DNA of 64,000 nt from Haliotis cracherodii. Lineage: Eukaryota. Shown piece by piece: positions 11,578 through 24,376 of this stretch; positions within the stretch are counted from its first letter, which is position 1, and the number at the start of each line of letters is the position of its first letter. Location: NCBI RefSeq assembly GCF_022045235.1, contig NW_027266297.1, forward strand, positions 11,656,001-11,720,000, written 5' to 3'. The position numbers and the translations under genes were made by a program. Under the pieces are notes generated by a model. That model was given only the letters and a program-made list of their open reading frames with translations, had not been told where the DNA came from and did not search any database.

Positions 11578-12837
11578 GTAGGTACCTGGATGTGATGTAG
11601 GCTGCATGGCAGCTGTATTGGTTAGAAGTGGTTCAACCTGGTCCCGAAATTGTTTTATTGGTTAATTCTACAATTTACATGGTTTCAACACATAAGACAT
11701 GTGTGCTCCGAAACATCACTCCGAAACATCACTTGTCATCACTCGTGATTTTATGTAACCTGCAGGATGAGCAGTGCCCAAATGATACAGTATAGTTAGG
11801 ATATAAACATTATCTGTTTTCAAATTTCAGAGCACAAGATAAGCTGCGTATATGCATAAAATATGCATTAAATAAACTGAAATACGCACACACATCAAAT
11901 CATAGCATATCAAATACTCAGCAAAAACTATAAATATGTTATTGAAATAAAATTAATGCGTATATTACAACTATTAGATAAAACGATTGTGTATATTACA
12001 ACTGTTAGAAAAAATGATAATGTATCAGCTGATCGCCAAATTCACTTACTGACAGTTACATTTGGGAAAGCTTCTGTGACAAATATACTGATAGATGCCA
12101 ATTGAAAAGCACATCATGCCTAGTCAATGTACATGTTGTATCTTAATTAGTCGCTGATTGGTTATTAAAACAATAGCGCCTTTCTTACAATGCTAGGCTT
12201 TGTAAACAAGAAATGGCTTCCCGGAGAGGGAGCCGCAAGCTGACCCTGACTACTACTAATATTCATATATTTTTAAGTGATTTATAGTGATTGTTTACCC
12301 ATGAAGATCTGGGTTAGAATAGGTCTTAGACAACCCATGCTTGTCATAAGAAGCGACTAAAGGATTGGGTGGTCACTGACTTGGTTGTTCATATCATGTC
12401 CAAATCGATGATCATGATGTCAATCACTGGATTGTCTGGCCCAGACTCGATTATTTACAGATTGCTGTCATATATACTGCTGGAATATTTCTGAGAGCGG
12501 CATTAAACAACAAACAAATAAATACAGGGATTTTTATGAAACAGGTTTTAAGTTAAATACCCAAATGTCACGAAACAGGTGGGTAAAAAAATTGAATACC
12601 CTCTAAAGCTAAAATACCCAAATAACCAAAAGCTTATCTATAGCTCTGACATTTACAGGTGATTTTGTGTATATAAATACAACTAGATCAAAGTTGTTCT
12701 AATTAACAGTGATCAAACTTAATATTTTATAAATCAGGTCTCCATTTCACCAAGCCAAAAGGTACACTTTAATTAAAACTGGATTCCCGGGATCCAGTCC
12801 AATTCTACCAAACTTTTCAGTCCGATTAATGCACACT

Positions 12838-13145
12838 TGGGCTGGGATGATGGTACCTCGGGTCAGGTGCTTGCTGAGAAGGTCTACCAGACTACCTGGA
12901 CCTGTGGTTAATCACATGATATATTGTTTAAACCATCCACACATTCCTTTTGACTTTGGTGTTTGAGTAAAGACAAAGCTTCAGTTAACAGTGTATGCAT
13001 GATCAGATCGTTTTGTATGTGTGTCTTAATATTTTTGGCCAGGGGTCTAGTAAAACAATTCTAAATTTGACATTTTGTACCCAACTCTTAAGACTTACAG
13101 CAGGTACCTGGGTTGTAAATTTCACACACTTTGGTCCTTGCCTTG
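12838..13145. mobile_element. Older inverted copy of the same hAT MITE
   Basis: gggctggga start and accagactacctggacc are reverse complements of the 9014-9420 copy. Confidence 0.65.
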
Positions 13146-13234
13146 GATGATAAATTGTGATACGTTGTTCACATATGTCAAGTGTGGAACTTGTGGATGC
13201 TAATGTCATTTTTATGTTGTTGCTATGGATACAG

Positions 13235-13355
13235 AGATGCTCCTCCCATCATCCCCTCTGACACCAATCAGGGCTATAAGCAGATGAAGGCCAAGATTGG
13301 CAGCAGCAGAGTTCGACCCTGGAAGTGGATGCCATTTACTAACCCGGCCAGGAAG
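13235..13355 (+). CDS. DMAP1: DMAP1 exon 3
   Basis: DAPPIIPSDTNQGYKQMKAKIGSSRVRPWKWMPFTNPARK. Confidence 0.96.
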
Positions 13356-13971
13356 GTAAACAATTAGATCTTATTATGATTTGTGAACCTCATTTGGTAT
13401 TATCAATGCTTTTTCTGTTGCGGTTGTTCATTATAGCAAAAACAATGGGTGGGGCCTGCTACTCTGACCTGCTATGGCAGGAATATTCTTAACTGCAACA
13501 TAAGACTGACTCACTGTACTTTAAGGGTCAAGTGGGTCATTCACAATTATTTTTTTTATTATTAGTCTACTATTGATAAACCATGAAAACCATGTAATGA
13601 TTTCGTTTAAATGAAAATCAGAGTCAGTATGTTTCTGAACCTGTGTAGTTGGCAGATCATGGGTGTTTGTAATGTTAAATATCTGGCACTCACAAACTTT
13701 CTTATGAAACATGATAATCAGTTAAAAATGTAAATGTGCTGATTTTAACTGATCTGGATCGAAAATATTTATCACTTGTTGTAACATTGGATCCATCAGT
13801 CTGTCACATTTTACATTTCTCCAGAACTGAAGGATGCAATGAGCAATGTTGAGCTGAAACTTGTAGTTGTTTCTGATTTCTGTAACCATTGTAACTAGCA
13901 GACCATCTTATATTTTCGAATGACCTATGGTGTTTTTCAAGGCCACCTTATCACATATCATGATATATATT

Positions 13972-16900
13972 TGAAAATAAATATGTTTTACCTTACCTGA
14001 CACCACACAGTGCTTTAGCATCCATACATTATACAAACAGACAGTACTGGAACAGAGAGACAGTTAAAACAGACTATTGCCTGTGCCCTTATACCCAAGA
14101 GTTATCCACCTTTGCCTGTACTCCCTCATGTTCTTCTCTGTCTACCTACTTATTAGGTGAAAGAAGCGACTCATAAAACAGAAAAAGATGTCGAGCCCTC
14201 CACCTCCGTTGCTGACATCTTCTCCGCCGTCGTTTCCCTCTCCTTCTCTGGCGAACTCCTCTATGCCCACGCCTGTTCTCTGTCAAGGCAGATTTTTTAT
14301 ATTCCAGCATCCATCCAAGCTTTTGGGGAAGAACTGCTTCAAAATCGCCCTGACAACCTGGTTTTGCCGTCCATTAGCGCCAGATTCGCCAGCGTCGGAC
14401 CATCGCCAGATTGATGTTCCTGTGACACATGGGACACTTCCTCCCGCTGGTCCGCAGGTTCCAGTTTGCCATTCCTGTACCACCCTGATGCCTTTGGCAA
14501 GCATCTTTGCCAGATGTTGCCAGCTGTCTCCGGGACATAGGCAACTATTACCGGAAAGTTGCCAACTCTGGCTGAATAGTCACTAGGCTGTAGCATCGCC
14601 TCATGCTTATGATCACTGCAACTTGGCACCAGGCACCTCAGAACCTGTTCTTCAGACGTTCAGCCCTGGGATCGGTCTTGCTTCTGTCAGGTGACGCCAA
14701 TCTGCCTCTCCCATGATCATCTCCACACTATGTCGCCATTCCGATGACGAATGGGACTTCATTCACGATTATGATGAGTGGTCCCCTGACATTAAACTTA
14801 CACCACCAGACATATCTGTCTGGCTAGTGGATTATCTTCCTTGTGCATCGCCAGGGCAAGACACCTTCCCCCAGGTGGAGCTAGGGGCCTGCTTGAATGG
14901 GTCGTTTAAGCCAAAGTCATCGGTTTCTATGACGGATGCTCAACTGGGGAGTCTGGATATGGCTCTTCACCCCTCTCCCCTGTTGGCAGTGACCTCTGCC
15001 AACTCGGCTACCCAAGACTGTTAAGGCAAGAATCCTTCAGAAGCTAATGGACAACTTCTCTTCTTTTTGGGGAGGCAGCTACACCAGCTTATTATGTCTA
15101 CGTATCTACAATATTGCCTCAACTCTATCACCATTGCTCGATGCACAGCTCTCCAGTCTTCCAGGTATCCTTCCTTTAAAACCCAAATGATGCCTCAGCT
15201 TTGGTCTGGTCCTACACTCTTCCACAACCAGATCCCTCGAGTCGCCAAGGATGCCAAGATTTAGGAGGCAAATCAACAGCAGTTTCGCCTCCTTAACAAC
15301 ATGGAGTGTCTCCTCTCTTCTACACTTTCTCAAAAGAAGTAGTTTTATGTTGGCAAAGTTTCATTAGGAAGAGCTCTTCCATTTGGCCAAGACGCCAGTC
15401 CCCAGAAAGGACAGGAACACTAAGCCACCCTGCCGAGGAAGTTTCTCTTGGGGGAATCGCACAGACGCACACACCAGTGACTTTCACAGAATCACAGGTG
15501 CCGGCTGTCTGGCACCTCCCTCCGCCAGTTGTCCCTGTCCAGTTGTCTCCTGTAGGAGGGAGACTTCTGTTCTGGCAAACTGGAGGAATTGGCAGCTACT
15601 ACAGGACCAGTAGGTCACTCAGATCCTCTGCCACGTCTTCTGCCTACACTTTCGTACCATTCATCTTCTCACCTCCAGGACCCTGGAACCTCATTATCGG
15701 CCTCTAGATCTTCAGCCTCTGCAGGCCAATATCGACATTCTCTCACCAAGAATGCAGTGGAAAACCTAGAAGTCAACAACCTCATGCCAAGCTTCTGCCC
15801 CCCCAATCTTCCTGGTTCCCAAGAAAGGTTCCCTAAGGTGTGGGTGATTCACAATCTTTCTCTTTTCAATCCACACTACCGTGCTTCTCCGCCACATTTA
15901 CAAAAGCTCTCCATGGCACACTTTGCCACATGATCCAGCCAATGGACCATCTCATCAGTCTGGACCTGCAGGAAGCTTACCCATCCATGCTGCTCATCGT
16001 CATTTCCTCCAGTTTGTTTTTCGGGGCCAGGACTTTCAGTGGAGATCAGAAAGTGGAAAGTGCTCCCGTTTGGAATTTCCAAGACCAGTCATGGCCTTTC
16101 TGCAGCAGCGGGGAATTTGCCACAAAGCATACATCAATGACTGCATCCTTTGCCACAACACCAGCAGATCTTCACTTCAGCTCCTCCATCAGCTGGGTTT
16201 GGTGGACAACCAAGAGAAATCAGATCTTACTCCCTCTCGCCACCACACTTTCATCAGCAGCCTCTTTCTGACAGACCACAACTTGATCCAAGTTCTGCCA
16301 GACCGGTTCAAAGCTAAAGGATCTGGAGTTCAGCATGTATCGTGTCAACACTTTGACCTCTGCCAGTGGCAGACCCTTCTCGGTCTTCTGAGTTCAGCTC
16401 AGGGGTTGCCTTCATCCCCTTCAGAGGTTTCTCCTTCCATTTCTGCGCCTCGACCTGACAGATACTCCCATCATTCTGCTGGTGGAGTGGTGGCTTGCCC
16501 CTCCAACGCCTTGAGCGGTACCCACCATCTTTTTGTCAACGCAAAAGCTGCCTACTGGTTGCCTCAGACAACACCCCAATGATTTATTACATCAATAAGC
16601 TGAGGTCTGCACCAGCAGACATTTCATCTGTTTCTTCTCACTGACAGCCTCCATCTTCAGATCCCATCACATACCAGGCTGTTGCTGACTCCCTGTCCTG
16701 GCCTGATCCTCCTTCACCCACAGAATGGATGCTTCATACAGCACCGTTCCAACTCTTGTGCGACCGACTGTCTGAGGTCACCCAACATTGATCTCTTTGC
16801 CATGGTGAGCAACCACCAACTGCTAGTGTATGTTGTGCCTGTTTTGGACCCAGCAGCCTGGAAATTGGACAGCCTCACAATCTCCTGGATCGGCCTTATT

Positions 16901-18247
16901 GATACGATTTTCCATCCCTAGTTCTCATTCCCCAGGTCATTCACAAGGCCGCCGTTAAGCAATATTCACTCACTCATTCACAAGGCAGCCCTGAACCAGG
17001 CCTGTGAATCTGCTTTTGTTCGTGCCTTACTGGCCGATGAGAGTATGGTTTCCCTGTCTACTCCAACTTCACGGAGAAGCCGTCATGCAACTACCACCTT
17101 TGCCGAATCTGCTTCTCAACAACCACACCAGACACCCTCATTCAGACCCCAAAGTCTTCACGTCTGGCTTGTCTCAAAGTTCCCTGAAAGCCAAAGGTTT
17201 CTCGGCCATCGCCGCTGAAGTAGCTTCCAAGGCTCATCACTCCTCAACTCGCTCCCTCTATGATGACAAGTGGCGATCTTTTCACACGTTTTGCTCATCC
17301 CGAAACATCCTTCCAGTGAAGTCCACCATACCTCACGTGACTGATTACCTGTTATTTCTGCATCAGTCCCATCACCTTGCTGGCTTCACTGGCCTCTTAC
17401 CTCACGGCTCGCAACTGTGTACCGTAGCCCATTGTCAGACAAAGAAGTTTCCCCTCCAACTTGGGACCTCAATGTGGTATTATGAGATTTACATCAAGGG
17501 CCTATGAAGCATTCATGTCTGCCTCTTCCAAACGAAGATCTTACCATCAAGACTTGCTTTCTTCTTGCCCTGCCACGGCAACCAGAGTTAGTGAACCTCA
17601 TGATGTCTTTTGGGCCAGGTTTCATCAGCGGCCCAATGGCTTTGCCTACCTTTTGCTCCCCTGGCTTCTTGTTTTTAAATACCAACACACAGGTCAACCT
17701 GATCGCCAGTTCCACATCCCCCCACTTTCGGAGAGCTTCGGCCCAGATGATGACCTTGGACCCGCCCTCTACCCTGTTTGGGCCCACACCTGTTATCTTG
17801 AGGTGTCCATGCAACGGCGTCGACAGCATCAGCAGCTGTCCTTCCTGTCTCCAACCATAACACGGTGGAGGTGACCTGAAACTCCATCTCCCTTTGGCAC
17901 AGTTCAGCTATTCTTCATGCATATCATACTGGTACCATAAAGTATTGGTACCGTATTCCCCCTCTCTCAAGCCAGATGCTGAACGCCTTGCTTTTGTTGA
18001 GCAATGTTCTCTCAATATGACCACCACTCTGTTCTGTTCCGCCTCCTTCAGCCTTACCGTTCTGGCACCATTGTCTCCGCTGTGGCTGCTGCAGTGAAGA
18101 ATATGAGGGAGTACGGTCCAAGGTGGATAACTCCTGGGTATATCGTTTCAGCTGTCTCTCTATTCCTCTGTTGCAGTACTGTCTGTTTGTTTGTATAAGG
18201 TAGGGAACACTGTGTAGCATCAGGTAAGTATATAAACTTTTCATTTA
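13972..18247 (+). mobile_element. Decayed DIRS-type tyrosine-recombinase retrotransposon in DMAP1 intron 3
   Basis: Fragmented RT (LISLDLQEAY, HRHFLQF, AYINDC), methylase-like (PNIDLFA..NHQL, PYWPMRVWFP) and recombinase (STRSLYDDKW, KTCFLLAL, TRVSE) motifs; ~150-bp inverted ends 13972-14130 and 18101-18247. Confidence 0.88.
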
Positions 18248-18684
18248 TCCCGAAATGCTCATATTGTTTAGAAAGGCTAGTTAGAAGTGAATTTGCTTTT
18301 TGCAATATGTATGCTAGATAGTATACTTTCCATGCAAATTACCTATGAAATGAGGTCCCATCTGATTGTTACCATGGTTACATGGCATGAAATGTTCAAA
18401 ATTAATCATGAAAGTCATGGGCCTTTGGAATAACTCTAATGATGAACTCTCAGAGATTGATGGGGTCCCTCGATTCAAATATAAGGAGCAAGCCTCAAGG
18501 ACCCCTCAAACATGGCATAATCTAATAATGATATGATCAAATTTAGTGTCACAAGAGTCACAGCCATAGAGCCACTGTGTTTAATGTCATCGTAAGGTGG
18601 ACATTCGCATGTGTGATGATATAATAGCTGGTAAACATGGGAAATACAAAAGTTGAATTCTTACGAGTACTGGTAATCTTTCAG

Positions 18685-18759
18685 GATGGTGCTATCTTCT
18701 ACCATTATCGAAGAGTTGCAGATGAAGGGAGGGACTACCCCTTTGCCCGCTTCAACAAG
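18685..18759 (+). CDS. DMAP1: DMAP1 exon 4
   Basis: DGAIFYHYRRVADEGRDYPFARFNK. Confidence 0.96.
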
Positions 18760-19354
18760 GTGAGGACTATGTCATGTAGATGTGCTGGTTACCTTCACCT
18801 GATGACACAAAACTTGTAATGATGACATTATGAATAACAACAGAATTTTAGGACAGAAAATGATATCTTGTTCAATATGCAAATCAACTAAATGTCGTAG
18901 ATCTGATATACTTTTCAGCTTTCTAAAATATTATGTTAGAAATGTATCTTTGTGATAGACCATGTAGATTGAGGATTGAATCAATTTCTTTTGATCATGT
19001 TATGATTACTGATGAAAATAATGTTTTAGTAACCCTTCATCTCTCACAACAACTACAAGGATACCTTACAGATCAAGTTAGCAAGCTTTGTGGGAAGGCT
19101 GGGTTAAATGGGTTGCTTGTTGTAACAGGCATCTAAATTGGATCATGTTTTGGGGCTCGATGAATTCGTTGTTTGAGTGTCATCATTCCGTGACAGCATA
19201 ATAATAATTGCTCATGTTATCAACCACTTGTTCATTTTGATTATTTTCACTTGGTTGTGATAAAGCTGGAATATTGTTCTCGGTAAAGGAGTAGAGGATT
19301 AAATAGCTGTGTTTTAAGTGAGGTTGTATCGTGTGCATTGCTTTCTGTACACAG

Positions 19355-19573
19355 AGTGTGGACGTCCCGACCTACTCCGACCTTGAGTATCAGCAGCATC
19401 TCCATGACGACAACTGGCCACGCCAGGAAACTGATCACCTCTTTGACCTCTGTAAACGTTTTGACCTCCGATTTATCATCATACATGATCGATGGGACCG
19501 GGAGAAGTACCGAGACCGCAGTGTTGAGGACCTCAAGGAGAGGTATTACAATGTGTGTAATACCCTATCAAAG
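19355..19573 (+). CDS. DMAP1: DMAP1 exon 5 (SANT/Myb-like domain)
   Basis: SVDVPTYSDLEYQQHLHDDNWPRQETDHLFDLCKRFDLRFIIIHDRWDREKYRDRSVEDLKERYY. Confidence 0.97.
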
Positions 19574-19699
19574 GTAGGAGAAGAAAAGGCCTGGTGACCT
19601 TATGGGTGCTGCTGTTCTTGGATACCGATAATGAGAGCTGAACTCATATGCTGGTGTCATGGCATGTTTTCCATACTTTTTTTAAAGAATAAACATAAT

Positions 19700-20180
19700 A
19701 AATAAGGTGCCTTTTGATAGTTTGGGATTTTTAAAAAAGTTATTTTTCGAGTTTCCATGGCACCGACTTTGATTTAGACTGAAAATGGCTGTAGTCCTCG
19801 TTTCCGGAGCAGATCTTGAAAAACGTACCATATTTCTTCACCAAACTTGGCACATAGATAGATCTAGTGGTGAACTGGTGCCTTTTGATAGTTTGGGATT
19901 TTTAAAAAAAATATTTTTCGAGTTTCCATGGCAACGACTTTGATTTAGACTGAAAATGGCAGTAGTCCTCGTTTCCGGAGCAGATCTTGAAAACGTACCA
20001 TATTTCTTCACCAAACTTGGCACATAGATAGATCTAGTGGTGAACTGGTGCCTTTTGATAGTTAAGGATTTTTTAAAAAGTTATTTTTCGAGTTTCCATG
20101 GCAACGACTTTGATTTAGACTGAAAATGGAGGTAGTCCTCGTTTCCGAGGCAGATCTTGAAAAACGTACTATATTTCTTT
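19700..20180 (+). repeat. ~172-bp tandem repeat (about 2.8 copies), HINE-core-like
   Basis: Repeated ggtgccttttgatag...ccatggcaac...tttccggag...caccaaacttggcaca. Confidence 0.8.
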
Positions 20181-20336
20181 ACAAAAAGGCCCAGTGAACA
20201 TAGTTCTCAGGAGCTAATGCATTGCACACCCCCGACATGTCATATTGGTGGGGGATGTGAGTATTTCATGCTTGTTTAAGATGTGGCTCACACTTCGTGG
20301 ACATTTTGCTCTTGATGCTGCATCCTCCTCTTCCAG

Positions 20337-20444
20337 GTCCGAGCCCCACAGGGTTCTGAGCCCAAGGTCAAAGCATTTGATGCCGAGCATGAGAGGAAGA
20401 GGAAACAACAACTGATAAAGTTGTTTGACAGAACACCGGAACAG
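20337..20444 (+). CDS. DMAP1: DMAP1 exon 6
   Basis: VRAPQGSEPKVKAFDAEHERKRKQQLIKLFDRTPEQ. Confidence 0.95.
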
Positions 20445-21150
20445 GTGAGCAAATAGCAACTTCATCTCAAGGTCTCAAAACATCTGCCTCCCAGATCAGT
20501 GAATCGTGGAACTCCAACTTGCATCAGAACGTGTAAGAGAAAGGAGTAGATGTGCTATAGCAGACAGGTTAAAATGTCAGTGATTAGGCCAGGCATATTT
20601 CTAGAGTGGGGCCTTGTGCTGTATTTTTAAATACAATGGAGCAATTTAACACTGTGCTGTATGGGCAAGTGTGTGTGTACCTCTGGAATATTTGAAATTT
20701 TCACATAAATGGCCCATGATAGAAAATTCCAAGAGTGAACCCTGGAGCAATGTTCAACTGAAACTCATGGGGCTCCAGTTTGGGGTAATTCCCCAGCCTA
20801 ACTGAGCTAATGATTGATCAATCAGTATCTTGTTTATTGCTCATAGGTGACTTATATGCTTGAGGGTCATGCTCAGTGACCTGGATGCACGTTTCTCATA
20901 ATATCACCCACTGGTTTGACTGGTCCCACTTGATTATTCCATGCCTCTGTGTTACAGCTGAAATATTGCTGGCTATGGCATGAAACAACAGACAAATATA
21001 CTTTTCAACTGAGCTTACTGTATTAAAGAACTTTAGAAGTGAAATATTGGCTTATTGATTGTTCACAACAAGTGATTTCAATTTTCGATGATAATCTGAG
21101 ACATGAAGCCTTTTTGATATCACAGTTTCCATTGTCTGTTTGTGCATCAG

Positions 21151-21339
21151 GTGGAGGAGGAAGACTACCTCATTGCAGAGCTGAAGAAGATTGAACTGAG
21201 GAAGAAGGAGAGAGAAAAGAAAACCCAGGATCTTCAGAAGCTCATCACGGCGGCAGACAGCAGCATCGACAGCCGGCGCACAGAGAGGAAGACAACGAAG
21301 AAGAAGGTCAACCCTCAACAGAAGATCAAGGAAATGGGG
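21151..21339 (+). CDS. DMAP1: DMAP1 exon 7 (coiled coil)
   Basis: VEEEDYLIAELKKIELRKKEREKKTQDLQKLITAAD...; donor GGG|gtttgt. Confidence 0.93.
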
Positions 21340-21504
21340 GTTTGTACTGAAAGTGGAATTCAGATGAACATTGATCTTTCTGTCACAGAAACACAAATAG
21401 CTTTCATAACATAGGTTATAGGCCCTTGTACATTAATTCAGTAGGATTCATCTTACAGTGACAGATGGATACATTAATATTACTTATGGACATTTCAAAA
21501 TAGC

Positions 21505-21760
21505 AGTGAAGATCCCGGCTAGAGTAGGTCTTCAGCAACCCGTAAAAGGCAACAGTGCTTGTTGTAAGAGGTGACTAACGGGTTCGGGTGGTCAGACTTG
21601 CTGACTTGGTTGATGAATGTCATCATTTCCCAATTGCGTTGATCGAAGCTCATGATGTCAATCACTGGATTGTCTAGTCCAGACTCGATTATTGATAGAC
21701 TGCAATCATATAGCTGGAATATTGCTGAGTGCGGAATTAAACAATAAAGAAACAAACAAT
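21505..21760 (+). mobile_element. Interspersed repeat family C, SINE/LINE-tail-like (also 12297-12520, 27705-27930, 29842-30068, 33235-33362, 47937-48170, 51625-51835)
   Basis: gtgaagatcc...ggtcttcagcaaccc...tcaatcactggattgtctggtccagactcgattatttacag...gctggaatattgctgag. Confidence 0.85.
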
Positions 21761-22084
21761 TTATTCAAATATCCTGCTTATTACAGAGTAATAACATATT
21801 GAATTTACTCAAATTAGGGTTCTTCCAATAAAACTTAGGTATATATTCTTACCTTAAGGCAGTGGAATATTGGCATACCAAAAATTAAGTGGTACTCATG
21901 TTCATTTTTTTCCAGCATACACAGAGAAGTATGTGACGAGCAATACCACATGGTCTTCTAACATTTATCATTAATTGCACTCCTCCTATTCTTAATAGAT
22001 ATAAAGGGGTCTATATTCATAAACCGTGAATGTACAAGAATAATACCCAATTGAGTACCATAATACAGTTATAACCATAGAAAC

Positions 22085-22755
22085 CCATGGGATATCTAGG
22101 GCATCATAGACACCAAGGGAGTGCAGGTCATCATAGACACCCATGGGATATCCAGGTCTTCATAGGCACCCATGGGAGTGCAGGGCATCACACACCCCCT
22201 TGGGATATCCAGGTCTTCATAGACACCCATGGGAGTGCAGGGCATCACACACCCCCTTGGGATATCCAGGTCTTCATAGACACCCATGGGAGTGCAGGGC
22301 ATCATACACCCCCTTGGGATATCCAGGTCTTCATAGACACCCATGGGAGTGCAGGGCATCACACACCCCCTTGGGATATCCAGGTCATCATAGACACCCA
22401 TGGGAGTGCAGGGCATCACACACCCCCTTGGGATGCCCAGGTCATCATAGACACCCATGGGAGTGCAGGGCATCATACACCCCCTTGGGATGCCCAGGTC
22501 ATCATAGACACCCATGGGAGTGCAGGGCATCATACACCCCCTTGGGATGCCCAGGTCATCATAGACACACATGGGAGTGCAGGGCATCATACACCCCCTT
22601 GGGATGCCCAGGTCATCATAGACACCCATGGGAGTGCAGGGCATCATACACCCCCTTGGGATGCCCAGGTCTTCATAGACACACATGGGAGTGCAGGGCA
22701 TCATACACCCCCTTGGGATATCCAGGTCATCATAGACACACATGGGAGTGCAGGG
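22085..22755. repeat. 57-bp minisatellite
   Basis: (cccatgggagtgcagggcatcacacacccccttgggatatccaggtcttcatagaca)n. Confidence 0.96.
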
Positions 22756-22892
22756 CCGAAAAGGTTCCTGGTAGCCAATGATGTGTAAAGCTATATTATT
22801 CAATAAAATTCCCACAGGAACTGATATTCTCAATACTAAGAATCATGAAGACAGATTTGAACATAATCTTTGATGACTTTCGCTACTTTCAG

Positions 22893-22964
22893 ACGACCCC
22901 AGACTCAGGCGGGATCAAGTTTGCAGATTTCAAACAGTCTGGTGTTTCTCTAAGAAGTCAAAGG
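22893..22964 (+). CDS. DMAP1: DMAP1 exon 8
   Basis: TTPDSGGIKFADFKQSGVSLRSQR. Confidence 0.94.
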
Positions 22965-23090
22965 GTGAGAACATGAGTTATGATTGTCATGGGAATGCCC
23001 ATAAATTAATTAAATCGCTTTTTTGTTTTGCTTCATAATTGTTATGGAAAGGTATGTCAGTCATTGTAAAGTTAAACCTTTTTCTCCCAG

Positions 23091-23163
23091 ATGAAATTGC
23101 CTGCATCGATTGGCCAGAAGAAACTGAAAGCTATTGAACAGGTCCTGGAGGAACTTGGAATCG
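23091..23163 (+). CDS. DMAP1: DMAP1 exon 9
   Basis: MKLPASIGQKKLKAIEQVLEELGI. Confidence 0.95.
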
Positions 23164-23577
23164 GTAAGTTCTTTGGTCTCAAAATGCAGATTATGGCTGT
23201 ATGTTGTGACTTTTGAATATTTGGTGCATGTTTGTGGTTGATCACCCTGCTTTATGTTATGATACACGAGACATAGTTTAACACAAATTATGGGATGTCC
23301 TAGGGTCCTGGAGGTTTGCGCCTTTACTACTTGAATCATGGGACCCCTAATTAAACTTTTTACAGGGGGGTTTTGTAAGGGATCTGGTAATTTTGAACGC
23401 TGATGGAAATTTCTTTCCATTTTAGTCATGTAGGGATGTTTCTCCATGTTTTCAAGATGCATCTTGATAATATGTGTCAGGTTTATGTAGTCCCCAAATA
23501 CTATGTAATTACCTACTACCCTATTGTGTGAGTTCACTTGGTGCCTGTATTGTTATCTGTTTGTTATATTTTGCCAG

Positions 23578-23732
23578 AATATAACCCCATGCCAACTGAA
23601 GAGATTGTTCACCACTTCAATGAGCTGCGACAGGACATAGTGTTGTTGTATGAGCTGAAGCTGGCTCTTGCTAACTGTGAATATGAGCTGGAGACTCTAC
23701 GTCACAGGATGGAACCAGATGGCTCCGCACAG
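23578..23732 (+). CDS. DMAP1: DMAP1 exon 10
   Basis: YNPMPTEEIVHHFNELRQDIVLLYELKLALANCEYELETLRHRMEPDGSAQ|gtaggt. Confidence 0.94.
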
Positions 23733-24330
23733 GTAGGTCTTCATGAGTCAGTATGAGCTGTGACATAAGTACAGGTAGGTCTTCATGTGACAGTGACAGA
23801 GGTACAGGTAGGTCTTCATGTGTCAGTGACAGAAGTACAGGTAGGTCTTCATGTGTCAGTGACAGAGGTACAGGTAGGTCTTCATGTGTCAGAATGAGCT
23901 GTGACAGGAACAGTTAGGTCTTCATGTGTCAGTGTAAGCTATGATATAGAAGTTCAGGTAGGTCTTCATGTGTCAGAATGAGCTGTGACAGAATTACAGG
24001 TAGGTCTTAATGTGTCAGTATAAACTGTGACAGAATTACAGGTAGGTCTTCATGTGACAGAGGTATAGGTAGGTCTTCATGTGTCAGTATAAGTTGTGAT
24101 GTAGAGGTATAGGTAGGTCTTCATGTGTCAGTATAAGTTGTGATGTAGAGGTATAGGTAGGTCTTCATGTGTCAGTATAAGCTGTGACAGAATTACAGGT
24201 AGGTCTTCATGTGACAGAGGTATAGGTAGGTCTTCATGTGTCAGTATGAGCTGTGACAGAGGTATAGGTAGGTCTTCATGTGTCAGTATGAGCTGTGACA
24301 GAGGTACAGGTAGGTCTTCATGTGTCTGTA
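23728..24330. repeat. Variable 27-44-bp minisatellite starting at the DMAP1 exon 10 donor
   Basis: About 15 copies of (c/t)aggtaggtcttcatgtg. Confidence 0.93.
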
Positions 24331-24376
24331 TGGAGATATCCCATGTGATGTTTAGAGCCCTAGAAGAGTTGAAGAG

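Noticed and set aside
14157-18305. Cluster of short ORFs as host genes
   Set aside because: Frameshifted pieces of the DIRS element
22087-22833. Repetitive 212-245 aa ORFs
   Set aside because: 57-bp minisatellite in a DMAP1 intron, open in several frames
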